From Sphingobacteriaceae bacterium (lineage in GTDB: Bacteria; Bacteroidota; Bacteroidia; B-17B0; Aurantibacillaceae), in assembly GCA_023251725.1 (NCBI GenBank), contig JAHEYG010000004.1, positions 7,066 to 71,065 on the forward strand: DNA of 64,000 nt. The letters are read 5' to 3'. Each line of letters opens with the position of its first letter. The first letter of the stretch is position 1. This document shows, in pieces, positions 35,718 through 45,118 of the stretch. The notes beneath the pieces are model-generated. The model was not told where the DNA came from, ran no database searches, and saw nothing but the letters and a program-made list of their open reading frames with translations. A program made the position numbers and the translations under genes.

Positions 35718-38531
35718 TTACTTACTTAAATACAAATTCCGTTCGCTATAAACATTCTGAAAATATTCGTCTTGCAAATCGTCAATAAAATAAATGGCTT
35801 CGCCGGTGCTTTTCATTTCGGGGCCTAATTCTTTTTGTATCTCCGGGAATTTCTCATAGCTGAAAACCGGAATTTTTATAGCGTACCCTTTTTTGCGGGG
35901 ATTAAATTTAAAATCTTTCACCTTTTTTTCGCGCAACATCACTTTGGTTGCATAATTCACATAGGGCTCATCGTAAGCTTTCGCAATAAACGGAACCGTA
36001 CGGCTCGCACGCGGATTTGCCTCAATAATATAAACCACTTCATCTTTTACAGCAAACTGAATATTAATTAATCCTACAGTATTTAAAGCCAACGCAATTT
36101 TTTTTGTATGTTCTTCTATTTGCTTAATTACTTTATCGCTCAAATCAAAAGGCGGCAACACCGCATATGAATCTCCTGAATGAATTCCGGCCGGCTCAAT
36201 ATGTTCCATAATACCAATAATGTAAACATCGGTTCCGTCGCAAATAGCATCCGCTTCCGCCTCAATGGCATTTTCTAAAAAATAATCGAGTAAAATTTTA
36301 TTCTCAGGCAAATCTTCCAATATTTTTTGAACCTGCGCCCGTAATTCTTCCTCGTTAATAACAATTTTCATACTCTGTCCGCCCAAAACATAACTAGGCC
36401 TTACTAGCAATGGAAATCCTAATTCGCGCGATAATTTCACACCTTCATCCGCATCTTTTATAACACCAAATTTAGGATAAGGAATATTATTTTCTTTTAA
36501 TAAAGTCGAAAAACTTCCTCTGTCCTCAGCTAAATCCAATGATTTAAAATCGGTGCCAATAATTTTTACGCCGTAACGGTCCAATTTTTCCGCAAGTTTA
36601 AGAGCAGTTTGTCCGCCCAATTGCACAATTACACCTTCGGGTTTTTCATAAAGAATTATATCGTAAATATGTTCCCAAAACACCGGTTCAAAATATAATT
36701 TATCGGCCGTGCTAAAATCGGTACTAACGGTCTCCGGATTGCAGTTAATCATAATCGTTTCGTAACCGCATTCTTTCGCCGCAATTACACCATGCACACA
36801 ACTGTAATCAAATTCAATACCTTGTCCTATTCTATTGGGGCCGCTTCCCAAAATAATTACTTTCTTCTTATCAGAACGCACACTTTCATTCTCATCTTCA
36901 AATGTAGAATAGTAATACGGCGTTTTTGCCTCGAACTCCGCAGCACAGGTATCCACTAATTTATAAACGCGTTTTATTCCTAAATCATTTCGTTTCTTAT
37001 AAACTTCACTCTCCAAACATTTTAATAAATGCGCCACCTGCCTATCGGCATACCCTTTTTGTTTGGCTTCATACAATAAATCTTTTGGGAGATTATTTAA
37101 ATTATATTTTTCAATTTCCGCCTCCAGCGCAATAATTTCTTCAATCTGATTAAGAAACCAAATATCAATTCGCGTTAGTTTATGAATGGTTTCTATTGGA
37201 ATTCCGATTTTTAAAGAATCATAAATAATAAATAAGCGGTTCCAACTAGGCCGTTCGAGTGCTTTTAATAATTCGGCCTTGTTTTTATTTTCTCTACCAT
37301 CGGCACCTAATCCGTTTCGTTTAATTTCTAAACTTTGACAGGCTTTTTGTAAAGCTTCCTGAAAACTTCTTCCAATGGCCATTACTTCGCCAACAGATTT
37401 CATTTGAAAACCCAATTCTCTATTAGAGCCTTTAAACTTATCAAAATTCCAGCGCGGAATTTTTACAATAACATAATCTAATGTCGGTTCAAAATAAGCA
37501 GAAGTTGATTTTGTAATTTGATTAATTAGCTCGTCTAAATGATAACCGATTGCTAATTTAGAAGCAATTCTCGCAATAGGATAACCGGTTGCTTTACTCG
37601 CTAAAGCGGAAGAGCGCGACACCCGCGGATTAATTTCAATGGCAATAATTTTTTCCTCTGCATCATCACTCACTGCAAATTGCACATTACATCCGCCCGC
37701 AAAATTTCCAATACTGCGCATCATTTTAATAGCCATAGTTCGCATTTTTTGATACGTGCTGTCGCTTAAGGTCATTGCAGGCGCCACTGTAATACTGTCA
37801 CCCGTATGTACACCCATAGGGTCAAAATTTTCTATCGAACAAATAATTGCTACGTTATCATTTTTATCGCGTAACAATTCTAATTCATATTCTTTCCATC
37901 CTAAAACTGCTTTATCAATTAATACTTCGTGTATGGGCGAAGTTTGCAACCCGCGATTTAATAAACTGTCAAAATCTTCTTTATGGTAAACTACACTTCC
38001 GCCGCTTCCGCCTAATGTGAAAGAAGGACGAATTACCAATGGAAAACCAAATTCCTGAGCTACCGATTTACCTTCTAAAAAACTTTTTGCAATTTTACTC
38101 GGCGCCATCGCAACACCAATTTCATTCATGCGAATACGAAATAAATCACGGTCCTCAGTTACTTTAATCGCCTCTACATCCACACCAATCATGCGCACAT
38201 TATATTTTTTCCAAATGCCCATATCTTCACATTTCATAGCGAGATTTAAGGCAGTTTGTCCTCCCATAGTAGGAAGCACCGCATCAATTTTACGTTCTTC
38301 TAATATTTTTACAATGGATTTTACTTCGAGCGGCAACAAATAAATATTATCAGCAGTTACTTTATCCGTCATAATGGTAGCCGGATTACTATTGATAAGC
38401 GTTACTTCGATACCTTCTTCGCGTAAGCTTTTTGCGCTTTGTGAACCTGAGTAATCAAATTCGCAGGCCTGCCCGATTATAATTGGACCAGAACCGATAA
38501 TTAAAACTGATTTTATGGAGTTGTCTTTCAT
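35718..38531 (-). CDS. carB: Carbamoyl-phosphate synthase large subunit, short form (937 aa) lacking the C-terminal allosteric/MGS-like domain
   Basis: Two ATP-grasp halves (VLIIGSGPIIIGQACEFDYSG...; VIILGSGPNRIGQGIEFDY...). The protein ends about where the E. coli allosteric domain begins. Confidence 0.9.
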   Translation of the reverse strand: MKDNSIKSVLIIGSGPIIIGQACEFDYSGSQSAKSLREEGIEVTLINSNPATIMTDKVTADNIYLLPLEVKSIVKILEERKIDAVLPTMGGQTALNLAMKCEDMGIWKKYNVRMIGVDVEAIKVTEDRDLFRIRMNEIGVAMAPSKIAKSFLEGKSVAQEFGFPLVIRPSFTLGGSGGSVVYHKEDFDSLLNRGLQTSPIHEVLIDKAVLGWKEYELELLRDKNDNVAIICSIENFDPMGVHTGDSITVAPAMTLSDSTYQKMRTMAIKMMRSIGNFAGGCNVQFAVSDDAEEKIIAIEINPRVSRSSALASKATGYPIARIASKLAIGYHLDELINQITKSTSAYFEPTLDYVIVKIPRWNFDKFKGSNRELGFQMKSVGEVMAIGRSFQEALQKACQSLEIKRNGLGADGRENKNKAELLKALERPSWNRLFIIYDSLKIGIPIETIHKLTRIDIWFLNQIEEIIALEAEIEKYNLNNLPKDLLYEAKQKGYADRQVAHLLKCLESEVYKKRNDLGIKRVYKLVDTCAAEFEAKTPYYYSTFEDENESVRSDKKKVIILGSGPNRIGQGIEFDYSCVHGVIAAKECGYETIMINCNPETVSTDFSTADKLYFEPVFWEHIYDIILYEKPEGVIVQLGGQTALKLAEKLDRYGVKIIGTDFKSLDLAEDRGSFSTLLKENNIPYPKFGVIKDADEGVKLSRELGFPLLVRPSYVLGGQSMKIVINEEELRAQVQKILEDLPENKILLDYFLENAIEAEADAICDGTDVYIIGIMEHIEPAGIHSGDSYAVLPPFDLSDKVIKQIEEHTKKIALALNTVGLINIQFAVKDEVVYIIEANPRASRTVPFIAKAYDEPYVNYATKVMLREKKVKDFKFNPRKKGYAIKIPVFSYEKFPEIQKELGPEMKSTGEAIYFIDDLQDEYFQNVYSERNLYLSK

Positions 38532-38744
38532 TTTTTTGGTTGTGAGTTCGGTGTTGGGAGTTCGGTGTAAAGAAATTTTTCAAAACAAATCTACGAACTC
38601 CAAACCCCCAACTCTGAACTATTTAAATCGCGTAAAGATAATGGGATTGGAGGGTTTTTTAAAACAAGATATTCACGAGTTATTAAAATCTTATAATCCA
38701 ATTTTGTAATTTGTTTAATTGTTGTTTTATTTGTGCTTGGAAAA

Positions 38745-38854
38745 ATGATTTTAAATTATTTTGATAAGCGAAAACGTAAAGGCTCTCCCGAGCCGCGAAT
38801 ATAGTATTGAAAGCTATTTGTTTTCATTTTATCCCTGTAAAGGGACATTTTTTT
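38745..38854 (+). promoter_or_regulatory. Candidate lysC leader: 19-codon Lys/Arg-rich mini-ORF followed by a terminator-like hairpin
   Basis: ATG at 38745, MILNYFDKRKRKGSPEPRI*, stop at 38804. The ggctc-tccc-gagcc hairpin lies within it. tccct-gtaa-aggga plus T7 at 38832-38854 ends 32 nt before the lysC ATG. Confidence 0.3.
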
Positions 38855-38886
38855 CAATACATCATCAATAATTTATTAAACAAAAT

Positions 38887-40203
38887 ATGAAAATTTTAAA
38901 ATTCGGCGGAACCAGTGTAGGAAGTGCAGAGCGGATGCAGGCGCTGGTGAAACTCGTCGTAAATAACCAGTCGAAATTAGTTGTGCTGTCGGCAATGAGC
39001 GGTACAACAAACATTTTGGTAGAAATTAGTGAAGCTTTATATGAGAGAGATGCCGCAAAAGCCAACGGAATAATTGATGAGCTTCAGGAAAAATATAAAA
39101 AAGAAATTTCGAAACTTTATCAATCGGAAGAATATTTAAATAAGGCAGATGATTTAATTACCAATCATTTTAATTATTTGCGCTCTTTTACTTTGGATAT
39201 GTTTACCTCCAATGAAGAAAAAGCAGTTTTAGCACAGGGCGAATTATTAAGCACGGCTTTATTTCATTTTTATTTATCGGAATCTAATGTGAAATCGGTT
39301 TTGTTACCCGCTCTTAATTTTATGCGTATTGACGAGAATGAAGAACCCGATTTAAAATATATTGAAACTAATTTAAAAGCAGAATTAGAAAAACATCCCA
39401 AAGATATTTTATTTATTACGCAAGGATATATTTGCAGAAACGCCTTCGGAGAAATTGATAATTTAAAACGCGGCGGCAGCGATTATACAGCTTCTATTGT
39501 TGGTGCAGCATTGCGCGCAGAGGAAATTCAAATTTGGACCGACATAGACGGCATGCACAATAACGATCCGCGTTTTGTAAATAAAACTCATCCCATAAAC
39601 GAATTAAGTTTCGATGAAGCTGCTGAGTTAGCTTATTTTGGTGCTAAAATTTTACATCCCACTTGTATTTTACCGGCACAAAAACGAAATATTCCGGTGC
39701 GATTAAAAAATACAATGGAGCCCGAAGCAGAAGGAACTTTAATTGCTAACCTCGATACAAAAGTGGGAATTAAAGCAGTGGCAGCAAAAGACGGTATCAT
39801 TGCCATCAATATAAAAAGCGACCGAATGCTTTTAGCACACGGTTTTTTAAGGGCGGTGTTCGAAATTTTTGAACGCTACAAAACTTCCATTGATATGATT
39901 ACAACTTCAGAAGTGGCAGTTTCGTTAACGATTGATAATTCAAAGTATTTAAAAGAAATAAAAAAAGAATTGGAAGAAATTGCCAATGTAGATATCGATG
40001 AAAATCAAACTATTATTTGTATTGTAGGAAATGTTCCCAAAAATAAATCGGGTTTTGGATTTAAAGTGCTTGAAGCTTTTAAAGATATTCCTTTACGGAT
40101 GGTTTCTTATGGAGGAAGTCCGAATAATATTTCGGTTCTTATAAATTCGCAACATAAAAAAGAAGCGTTAATGTCGTTAAACAAAACTTTATTTAATTAT
40201 TAA
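38887..40203 (+). CDS. lysC: Aspartate kinase
   Basis: MKILKFGGTSVG..., GGSDYTASIVGAAL, WTDIDGM and C-terminal ACT-like repeats. 438 aa. Confidence 0.9.
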   Translation: MKILKFGGTSVGSAERMQALVKLVVNNQSKLVVLSAMSGTTNILVEISEALYERDAAKANGIIDELQEKYKKEISKLYQSEEYLNKADDLITNHFNYLRSFTLDMFTSNEEKAVLAQGELLSTALFHFYLSESNVKSVLLPALNFMRIDENEEPDLKYIETNLKAELEKHPKDILFITQGYICRNAFGEIDNLKRGGSDYTASIVGAALRAEEIQIWTDIDGMHNNDPRFVNKTHPINELSFDEAAELAYFGAKILHPTCILPAQKRNIPVRLKNTMEPEAEGTLIANLDTKVGIKAVAAKDGIIAINIKSDRMLLAHGFLRAVFEIFERYKTSIDMITTSEVAVSLTIDNSKYLKEIKKELEEIANVDIDENQTIICIVGNVPKNKSGFGFKVLEAFKDIPLRMVSYGGSPNNISVLINSQHKKEALMSLNKTLFNY

Positions 40204-40208
40204 GGGCT

Positions 40209-41369
40209 ATGTTTAACGACGATATCATAAAAAAATTAGAAAAACTGCCAACGCCGTTTTATTATTACGATACGGCGCTTTTAAAAAATACACTCGAAAA
40301 AATAAAAAAAATTACTGCGGCTAGTAAGTTTCACGTGCATTATGCTTTAAAAGCAAATTCAAATGCAAAATTATTGCAGATAATTCGTTCGTATGGTTTG
40401 GGAGCAGATTGTGTAAGTGGTAATGAAATAAAACGCGCCGATGAAACAGGATTTAAGGGTGAAAATATTGTTTTTGCCGGGGTTGGAAAAAGTGATGCTG
40501 AAATTAATTATGCTTTAGAAAAAAATATTTTTTGTTTTAATGTAGAAAGTATTCAGGAATTGGAAGTGATGAATGACTTAGCAAAAAAACAAAATAAAAT
40601 CGCCTCTATCGCCTTGCGAATTAATCCCAATGTTGATGCTTATACTCATAAATATATTACAACAGGACTGGAAGAAAATAAATTCGGGATTAATCCTTAC
40701 GAATTTGATTCGGTAATTTCCATTCTAAAAAATCTTCCCAACTTAAAATTAATAGGATTGCATTTTCATATTGGTTCGCAAATTTCGAGTTTGAGTCCGT
40801 TTAAAAAATTATGCCAACGTGTTAATGAAATTAATAAATGGTTTTTGAACAAAGGATTTGATTTAGCGCATTTAAATGTTGGCGGCGGATTAGGAGTTAA
40901 TTATCACGAACCCGATTTAGAATCCATTGTAGATTTCGAAGCTTTTTTTAACGTATTCAAAGATTTTTTAAAGCCCAGAAACAATCAGAAAATACATTTC
41001 GAGTTAGGCCGTGCAATTACTGCGCAATGCGGAAGCTTAATCTCGCGCGTTATTATTATTAAAAAAGCCATCAATACTAATTTTGCCATTTTAGACGCCG
41101 GCATGACTGAATTAATTCGTCCGGCATTGTATCAGGCCTATCACAAAATTGAAAACTTAACTGAGTATTCCGAAAATAAAAATTACAAATACGATGTGGT
41201 TGGTCCGATTTGCGAAAGCAGCGATTGTTTCGGAAAAGCGGTGATGTTACCCGAAACTTTTAGAGGCGATTTGATAGCAATAAGAAGCGCCGGTGCTTAT
41301 GGCGAAGTAATGGCTTCCCAATATAATCTTCGCGACAAGGCCCCTGCTTTGTACTCGGATGAGCTGTAA
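40209..41369 (+). CDS. lysA: Diaminopimelate decarboxylase
   Basis: PLP-dependent fold-III decarboxylase pattern (TPFYYYD, YALKANSN, HFHIGSQ, GGGLGV, GPICESSD, GAYG). It lies directly downstream of lysC. Confidence 0.9.
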   Translation: MFNDDIIKKLEKLPTPFYYYDTALLKNTLEKIKKITAASKFHVHYALKANSNAKLLQIIRSYGLGADCVSGNEIKRADETGFKGENIVFAGVGKSDAEINYALEKNIFCFNVESIQELEVMNDLAKKQNKIASIALRINPNVDAYTHKYITTGLEENKFGINPYEFDSVISILKNLPNLKLIGLHFHIGSQISSLSPFKKLCQRVNEINKWFLNKGFDLAHLNVGGGLGVNYHEPDLESIVDFEAFFNVFKDFLKPRNNQKIHFELGRAITAQCGSLISRVIIIKKAINTNFAILDAGMTELIRPALYQAYHKIENLTEYSENKNYKYDVVGPICESSDCFGKAVMLPETFRGDLIAIRSAGAYGEVMASQYNLRDKAPALYSDEL

Positions 41370-41406
41370 ATCAGTTCTTTAATGGTCCGAAAAAAGGCGT
41401 TTTTAT

Positions 41407-41436
41407 TTGTTGATTCTAAAAAAAACCTTATATTTG
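41407..41436 (+). promoter_or_regulatory. Bacteroidota-type promoter for rpmB (-33 TTG / -7 TAtaTTTG)
   Basis: TTG at 41407-41409 and TATATTTG at 41429-41436 with Bacteroidota-consensus-like spacing, ~40 nt upstream of the rpmB ATG. Confidence 0.45.
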
Positions 41437-41474
41437 CATCCCTTTTTAGAGGGAAAATTTAATCTTTTAGCAAT

Positions 41475-41714
41475 ATGTCACGTATTTGTCAGATCACAGG
41501 AAAAAAAGCAATGGGCGGTAATAAAGTATCGCACTCTAATCATAAATCACCTCGCCAGTTTAAGGTAAACTTAAAACGTAAAAAGTTTTTTGTTCCCGAA
41601 ACAGGAGAATGGGTTACACTTCGAGTGTCGACTACCGCTTTAAAATACATTAATAAAAAAGGAATTTTTGCCTGTTTAAAGGACGCCAAAGACAACGGCA
41701 TTTTCACAGCATAA
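41475..41714 (+). CDS. rpmB: 50S ribosomal protein L28
   Basis: MSRICQITGKKAMGGNKVSHSN.K..R.F.VNL is typical L28. Confidence 0.9.
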   Translation: MSRICQITGKKAMGGNKVSHSNHKSPRQFKVNLKRKKFFVPETGEWVTLRVSTTALKYINKKGIFACLKDAKDNGIFTA

Positions 41715-41751
41715 AAATAACGAATCATTTAATCATTAAATCATAGTCAAA

Positions 41752-41934
41752 ATGGCACGCAGTAAAAACAGAATTCAAGTTATTTTAGAATGTACCGAAC
41801 ACAAAGAAAGTGGTAAGCCGGGCACCTCGCGTTACATTACTACCAAAAATAAAAAAAATACGCCTGACCGAATTGAAATGAAAAAATTCAATCCGATTTT
41901 GAATAAAATGACAATGCATAAGGAAATTAAGTAG
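41752..41934 (+). CDS. rpmG: 50S ribosomal protein L33
   Basis: [18 protein letters not shown]......[24 protein letters not shown] is typical L33. Confidence 0.9.
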   Translation: MARSKNRIQVILECTEHKESGKPGTSRYITTKNKKNTPDRIEMKKFNPILNKMTMHKEIK

Positions 41935-41999
41935 AAAAAACGTTATCAGTTAACCCTTAACCGTTAACAGATAACCATTAACCGATAACCTCAACCAAA

Positions 42000-42155
42000 A
42001 TGGCAAAGAAAGTAGTTGCAACACTAAAATCAGGAAAAGGAAAAGATTTTTCTAAAGTGATTAAAATGATTAAGTCACCAAAAACCGGTGCTTACACATT
42101 CAGAGAAGAAATCGTGCATAACGATCATATCGCAGAATTTTTAAAAGCTAAATAA
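42000..42155 (+). CDS. DUF4295-family small protein (conserved partner of rpmB-rpmG in Bacteroidota)
   Basis: Not in the ORF track (51 aa): MAKKVVATLKSGKGKDFSKVIKMIKSPKTGAYTFREEIVHNDHIAEFLKAK*. Both position and sequence are typical. Confidence 0.75.
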   Translation: MAKKVVATLKSGKGKDFSKVIKMIKSPKTGAYTFREEIVHNDHIAEFLKAK

Positions 42156-42201
42156 TGGTTCGGCCATTTCTCACCACAAGTATTTATCATAAATCAATAT
42201 T

Positions 42202-42240
42202 AAATTTCTTTCCCGTTTTTGGAAAGAAATTTTTATTTTA
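42202..42240 (+). terminator. Rho-independent terminator of the rpmB-rpmG-DUF4295 unit
   Basis: aaatttctttcc-cgttttt-ggaaagaaattt followed by a T-rich tail. Confidence 0.75.
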
Positions 42241-42254
42241 AGGAGGTTCGTAAA

Positions 42255-42995
42255 ATGGTTTTAAACAAATCAAAAATAATTTCTAGTGCAATAATTGGTA
42301 TTGCTTTGGTAATTACAGCTTGTGTGTTGGGAAAAAGCTGGCGCAAAACACATTTTTCTTATCAAACTATTTCGGTAACGGGACTAGGACAAAAAGATTT
42401 TGTTTCAGATCTAATTGTTTGGAATGCGGTATTTTCAAGAACTGCAAAAACTTTAGCGGATGCCAATACTTTAATTAAGGAAGATATTAAGTTGGTAAAA
42501 TATTTCTTGAAGAAAAAAAATATTGCTGACGCGGATATTACTTTCTCCACCGTAAAAATTAACCGCGATTATAAATCGCTTTACAACAACGAAGGTAATG
42601 TTACGGGAAATGAGTTTAACGGATTTACTTTAATTCAGGAAGTAATTATTGAATCGAAAGATTTAGCGGCGGTAGAAAAAATGGCCGGAGAGATTAGTGA
42701 CTTAATTGAAAAAGGAATTGAATTCTCGGCACAGGAACCTGATTATTATTTTACCAAATTAAAAGATTTAAAAATTGAATTGCTTAAAGCGGCTACCGAA
42801 GATGCATTTGTACGAGCGCAAACTATGGCCGAAAATGCGAAGAGCGGCGTAGGAAATTTAAAAAATGCCACCATGGGCGTGTTTCAAATTACCGGACAAA
42901 ACAGCAACGAAGATTATTCTTGGGGTGGTTCTTTTAATACCAAAGCAAAAGATAAAACCGCCAGCATCACCGTAAAATTAGAATTCGATTTATAA
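42255..42995 (+). CDS. SIMPL (DUF541)-domain periplasmic/membrane-anchored protein
   Basis: N-terminal TM anchor. The pattern GVFQITGQNSNEDYSWGG...ASITVKLEF resembles the SIMPL family. The ATG at 42255 is preferred because the TTG at 42219 lies inside the terminator. Confidence 0.65.
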   Translation: MVLNKSKIISSAIIGIALVITACVLGKSWRKTHFSYQTISVTGLGQKDFVSDLIVWNAVFSRTAKTLADANTLIKEDIKLVKYFLKKKNIADADITFSTVKINRDYKSLYNNEGNVTGNEFNGFTLIQEVIIESKDLAAVEKMAGEISDLIEKGIEFSAQEPDYYFTKLKDLKIELLKAATEDAFVRAQTMAENAKSGVGNLKNATMGVFQITGQNSNEDYSWGGSFNTKAKDKTASITVKLEFDL

Positions 42996-43957
42996 TGGGA
43001 TTCTTCACCAAACTATTCAGCAAAGAAAATAAAGAAAGCTTAGACCAGGGATTATCAAAAACAAAAGAAAGTTTTTTTGGTAAGCTGGCTAAAGTTGTTG
43101 CCGGAAAAAGTTCGGTAGATGCCGATGTGCTCGATAACCTCGAAGAAATTTTAATTTCGGGAGATGTGGGCGTTAAAACCACTATTAAAATTATTAAACG
43201 CATTGAAGACCGTGTAGCGAAAGATAAATACGTTTCTACCAACGAATTAAACAGTATTTTAAAAACAGAAGTGGCGGCGTTATTAAACGAAAATAATTCG
43301 GTAAGTAACGCTGTTAATTTTGATGCTGTCCTTGCTAAGAGACCGTATGTTATTATGGTAGTTGGTGTAAATGGCGTGGGAAAAACTACTACAATAGGAA
43401 AATTAGCATATCAATTTAAATTAGCAGGAAAAAATGTTATTTTGGGTGCGGCCGATACTTTTAGAGCAGCCGCCGTGGAGCAATTAATTATTTGGGGACA
43501 GCGTGTGGATGTACCTGTTGTTTCTCAGGGACAAAATGCCGATCCTGCCAGTGTAGCTTTTGATACTTTAAGCAGTGCCAAAGCAAAAGATTGCGATGTA
43601 GTTATTATTGATACGGCAGGACGTTTACACAACAAGGTTAATTTAATGAACGAATTAACCAAAATTAAAAACGTGATGAAAAAAGTTATTCCCGATGCAC
43701 CACACGAAGTGTTGTTAGTGCTCGACGGAAGTACAGGGCAAAATGCTATAGAGCAATGCACGCAATTTACCGCGGCCACCGATGTTACTGCTTTGGCGGT
43801 TACAAAATTAGATGGTACAGCAAAAGGCGGTGTTGTTATTGGAATTAGCGACGAATTTAAAATTCCGGTTAAATATATTGGTGTGGGAGAAAAAATGACG
43901 GACCTCCAAATATTCAATGCACCGGAGTTTGTGGATAGTCTTTTTAATAAATCTTAA
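42995..43957 (+). CDS. ftsY: Signal recognition particle receptor FtsY
   Basis: NG-domain motifs VVGVNGVGKTTTIGKLA, DTAGRLHNK, TKLDGTAKGG. Confidence 0.9.
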   Translation: MGFFTKLFSKENKESLDQGLSKTKESFFGKLAKVVAGKSSVDADVLDNLEEILISGDVGVKTTIKIIKRIEDRVAKDKYVSTNELNSILKTEVAALLNENNSVSNAVNFDAVLAKRPYVIMVVGVNGVGKTTTIGKLAYQFKLAGKNVILGAADTFRAAAVEQLIIWGQRVDVPVVSQGQNADPASVAFDTLSSAKAKDCDVVIIDTAGRLHNKVNLMNELTKIKNVMKKVIPDAPHEVLLVLDGSTGQNAIEQCTQFTAATDVTALAVTKLDGTAKGGVVIGISDEFKIPVKYIGVGEKMTDLQIFNAPEFVDSLFNKS

Positions 43958-44004
43958 GATATATCCGAATTTTTTTTTAATATTGATGTAAATAAATTAT
44001 TGGT

Positions 44005-45114
44005 ATGAAAAAAATTCTGATAATAATACTCTTCGGCATTATTTATTTTCCTTCAGCTGGACAAGCGCCGGTATTTGATGATTTACTATTTGACGCTGAT
44101 TCATTAACAAAATCGTATAAACCCAAGAGTAAACATTTTGCTTATTTTAAAGCAAAGCGTGGTGCCGGTGGAATTGTTACCAATTCTAAAGGCGATTCAA
44201 TTCGTTCATTTCCCATAAGTGATATTGTTCTTGTATTTTCTGAAACAAAAGCGGGTTCAATTGCAAATCGCGAAGGAGCAAACAAAGAACGCTGGGAAAA
44301 TCTTTTGATAGCCTACCCTGAATATTTTCAGCCGGGAACTACTTTAATAAATATGTGTCAGTGCAATGTTAACGGCGATACTGCTTCTTTTAGAAAAGCA
44401 GCAGGATTTTACGCTTACTTCACGGGCAAAGAAGAGCCTGTTGCCGAAGTGCCAAAAGTTGAACCTAAGAAAGTAACTTCGACAGGCTCAGTCACCGACA
44501 CTAAAGAAACCAAGTCTGAAAAAGTAAAAGATGTTCACAAGGAAGAAAAAGTAGTTAAAGAAAAAAAAGAGAAACCTGTTAAAGAAGATGCTTCGACGGG
44601 CTCAGCATCCGAATCAAAGAAAGCAGAGAAAAAAGAAGAACAGGTTCACGTTGCGCAACCTCCGGTAAAAGAAGTTCAACCAAAAAAAGAAGGATATACC
44701 ACCCCTAAGCGTTCAAAAGATCCGAAAGCTTGCAGGCCGCCTTGTTACGAAAACGGAGATGAAGACTTTAATAATTTTTTAAAGGATAATATTAATTTAT
44801 CCAAAAAACAAAAACACCATAGCGGAGATTTGCTAGCGGTATTAAGATTGCAATTGAATTTAGACGGCTCTGTAAAAAAATCTTTTATTCAGGGATTGGA
44901 TGAGGTATTTAATAAACAAATTGAAGCGATGGTAAGCAATATGAATTTATGGAACCCCGCGGTAAGAGGAGGAGTCACTATAAAGTCAGAAATTAAAATG
45001 ACATTAAAATATGATAAATCTTCGCATTCGATAAAACCATTCGATATAAACATCATCCCACGGCCGGGGCCCGCCTGTAAATGCGTATCGGATGCTGCGA
45101 TGTTTGGGGAGTAA
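44005..45114 (+). CDS. Secreted protein with Lys/Glu-rich low-complexity linker and TonB-C-like terminal domain (tentative)
   Basis: Signal peptide; a K/E/V-rich region with duplicated STGS(V/A)(T/S)(D/E)(T/S)K units; a C-terminal ~90 aa alpha/beta segment. Confidence 0.7.
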   Translation: MKKILIIILFGIIYFPSAGQAPVFDDLLFDADSLTKSYKPKSKHFAYFKAKRGAGGIVTNSKGDSIRSFPISDIVLVFSETKAGSIANREGANKERWENLLIAYPEYFQPGTTLINMCQCNVNGDTASFRKAAGFYAYFTGKEEPVAEVPKVEPKKVTSTGSVTDTKETKSEKVKDVHKEEKVVKEKKEKPVKEDASTGSASESKKAEKKEEQVHVAQPPVKEVQPKKEGYTTPKRSKDPKACRPPCYENGDEDFNNFLKDNINLSKKQKHHSGDLLAVLRLQLNLDGSVKKSFIQGLDEVFNKQIEAMVSNMNLWNPAVRGGVTIKSEIKMTLKYDKSSHSIKPFDINIIPRPGPACKCVSDAAMFGE

Positions 45115-45118
45115 TAAA

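Noticed and set aside
38515-38709. 64-aa plus-strand ORF across the carB start and the carB-lysC intergenic region
   Set aside because: It overlaps the carB start codon region on the opposite strand and the repeat-rich intergenic DNA, with no supporting motif.
38700-38886. Lysine riboswitch (L-box) upstream of lysC
   Set aside because: The region is too short and too AT-rich, and I cannot find the multi-helix L-box core. Only one small GC hairpin and a terminator-like stem are present, so I propose a leader-peptide attenuator instead, at low confidence.
42219-42254. TTG start of the SIMPL-domain ORF
   Set aside because: It lies inside the strong terminator hairpin of the ribosomal-protein unit. 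The ATG at 42255 immediately precedes the TM anchor.
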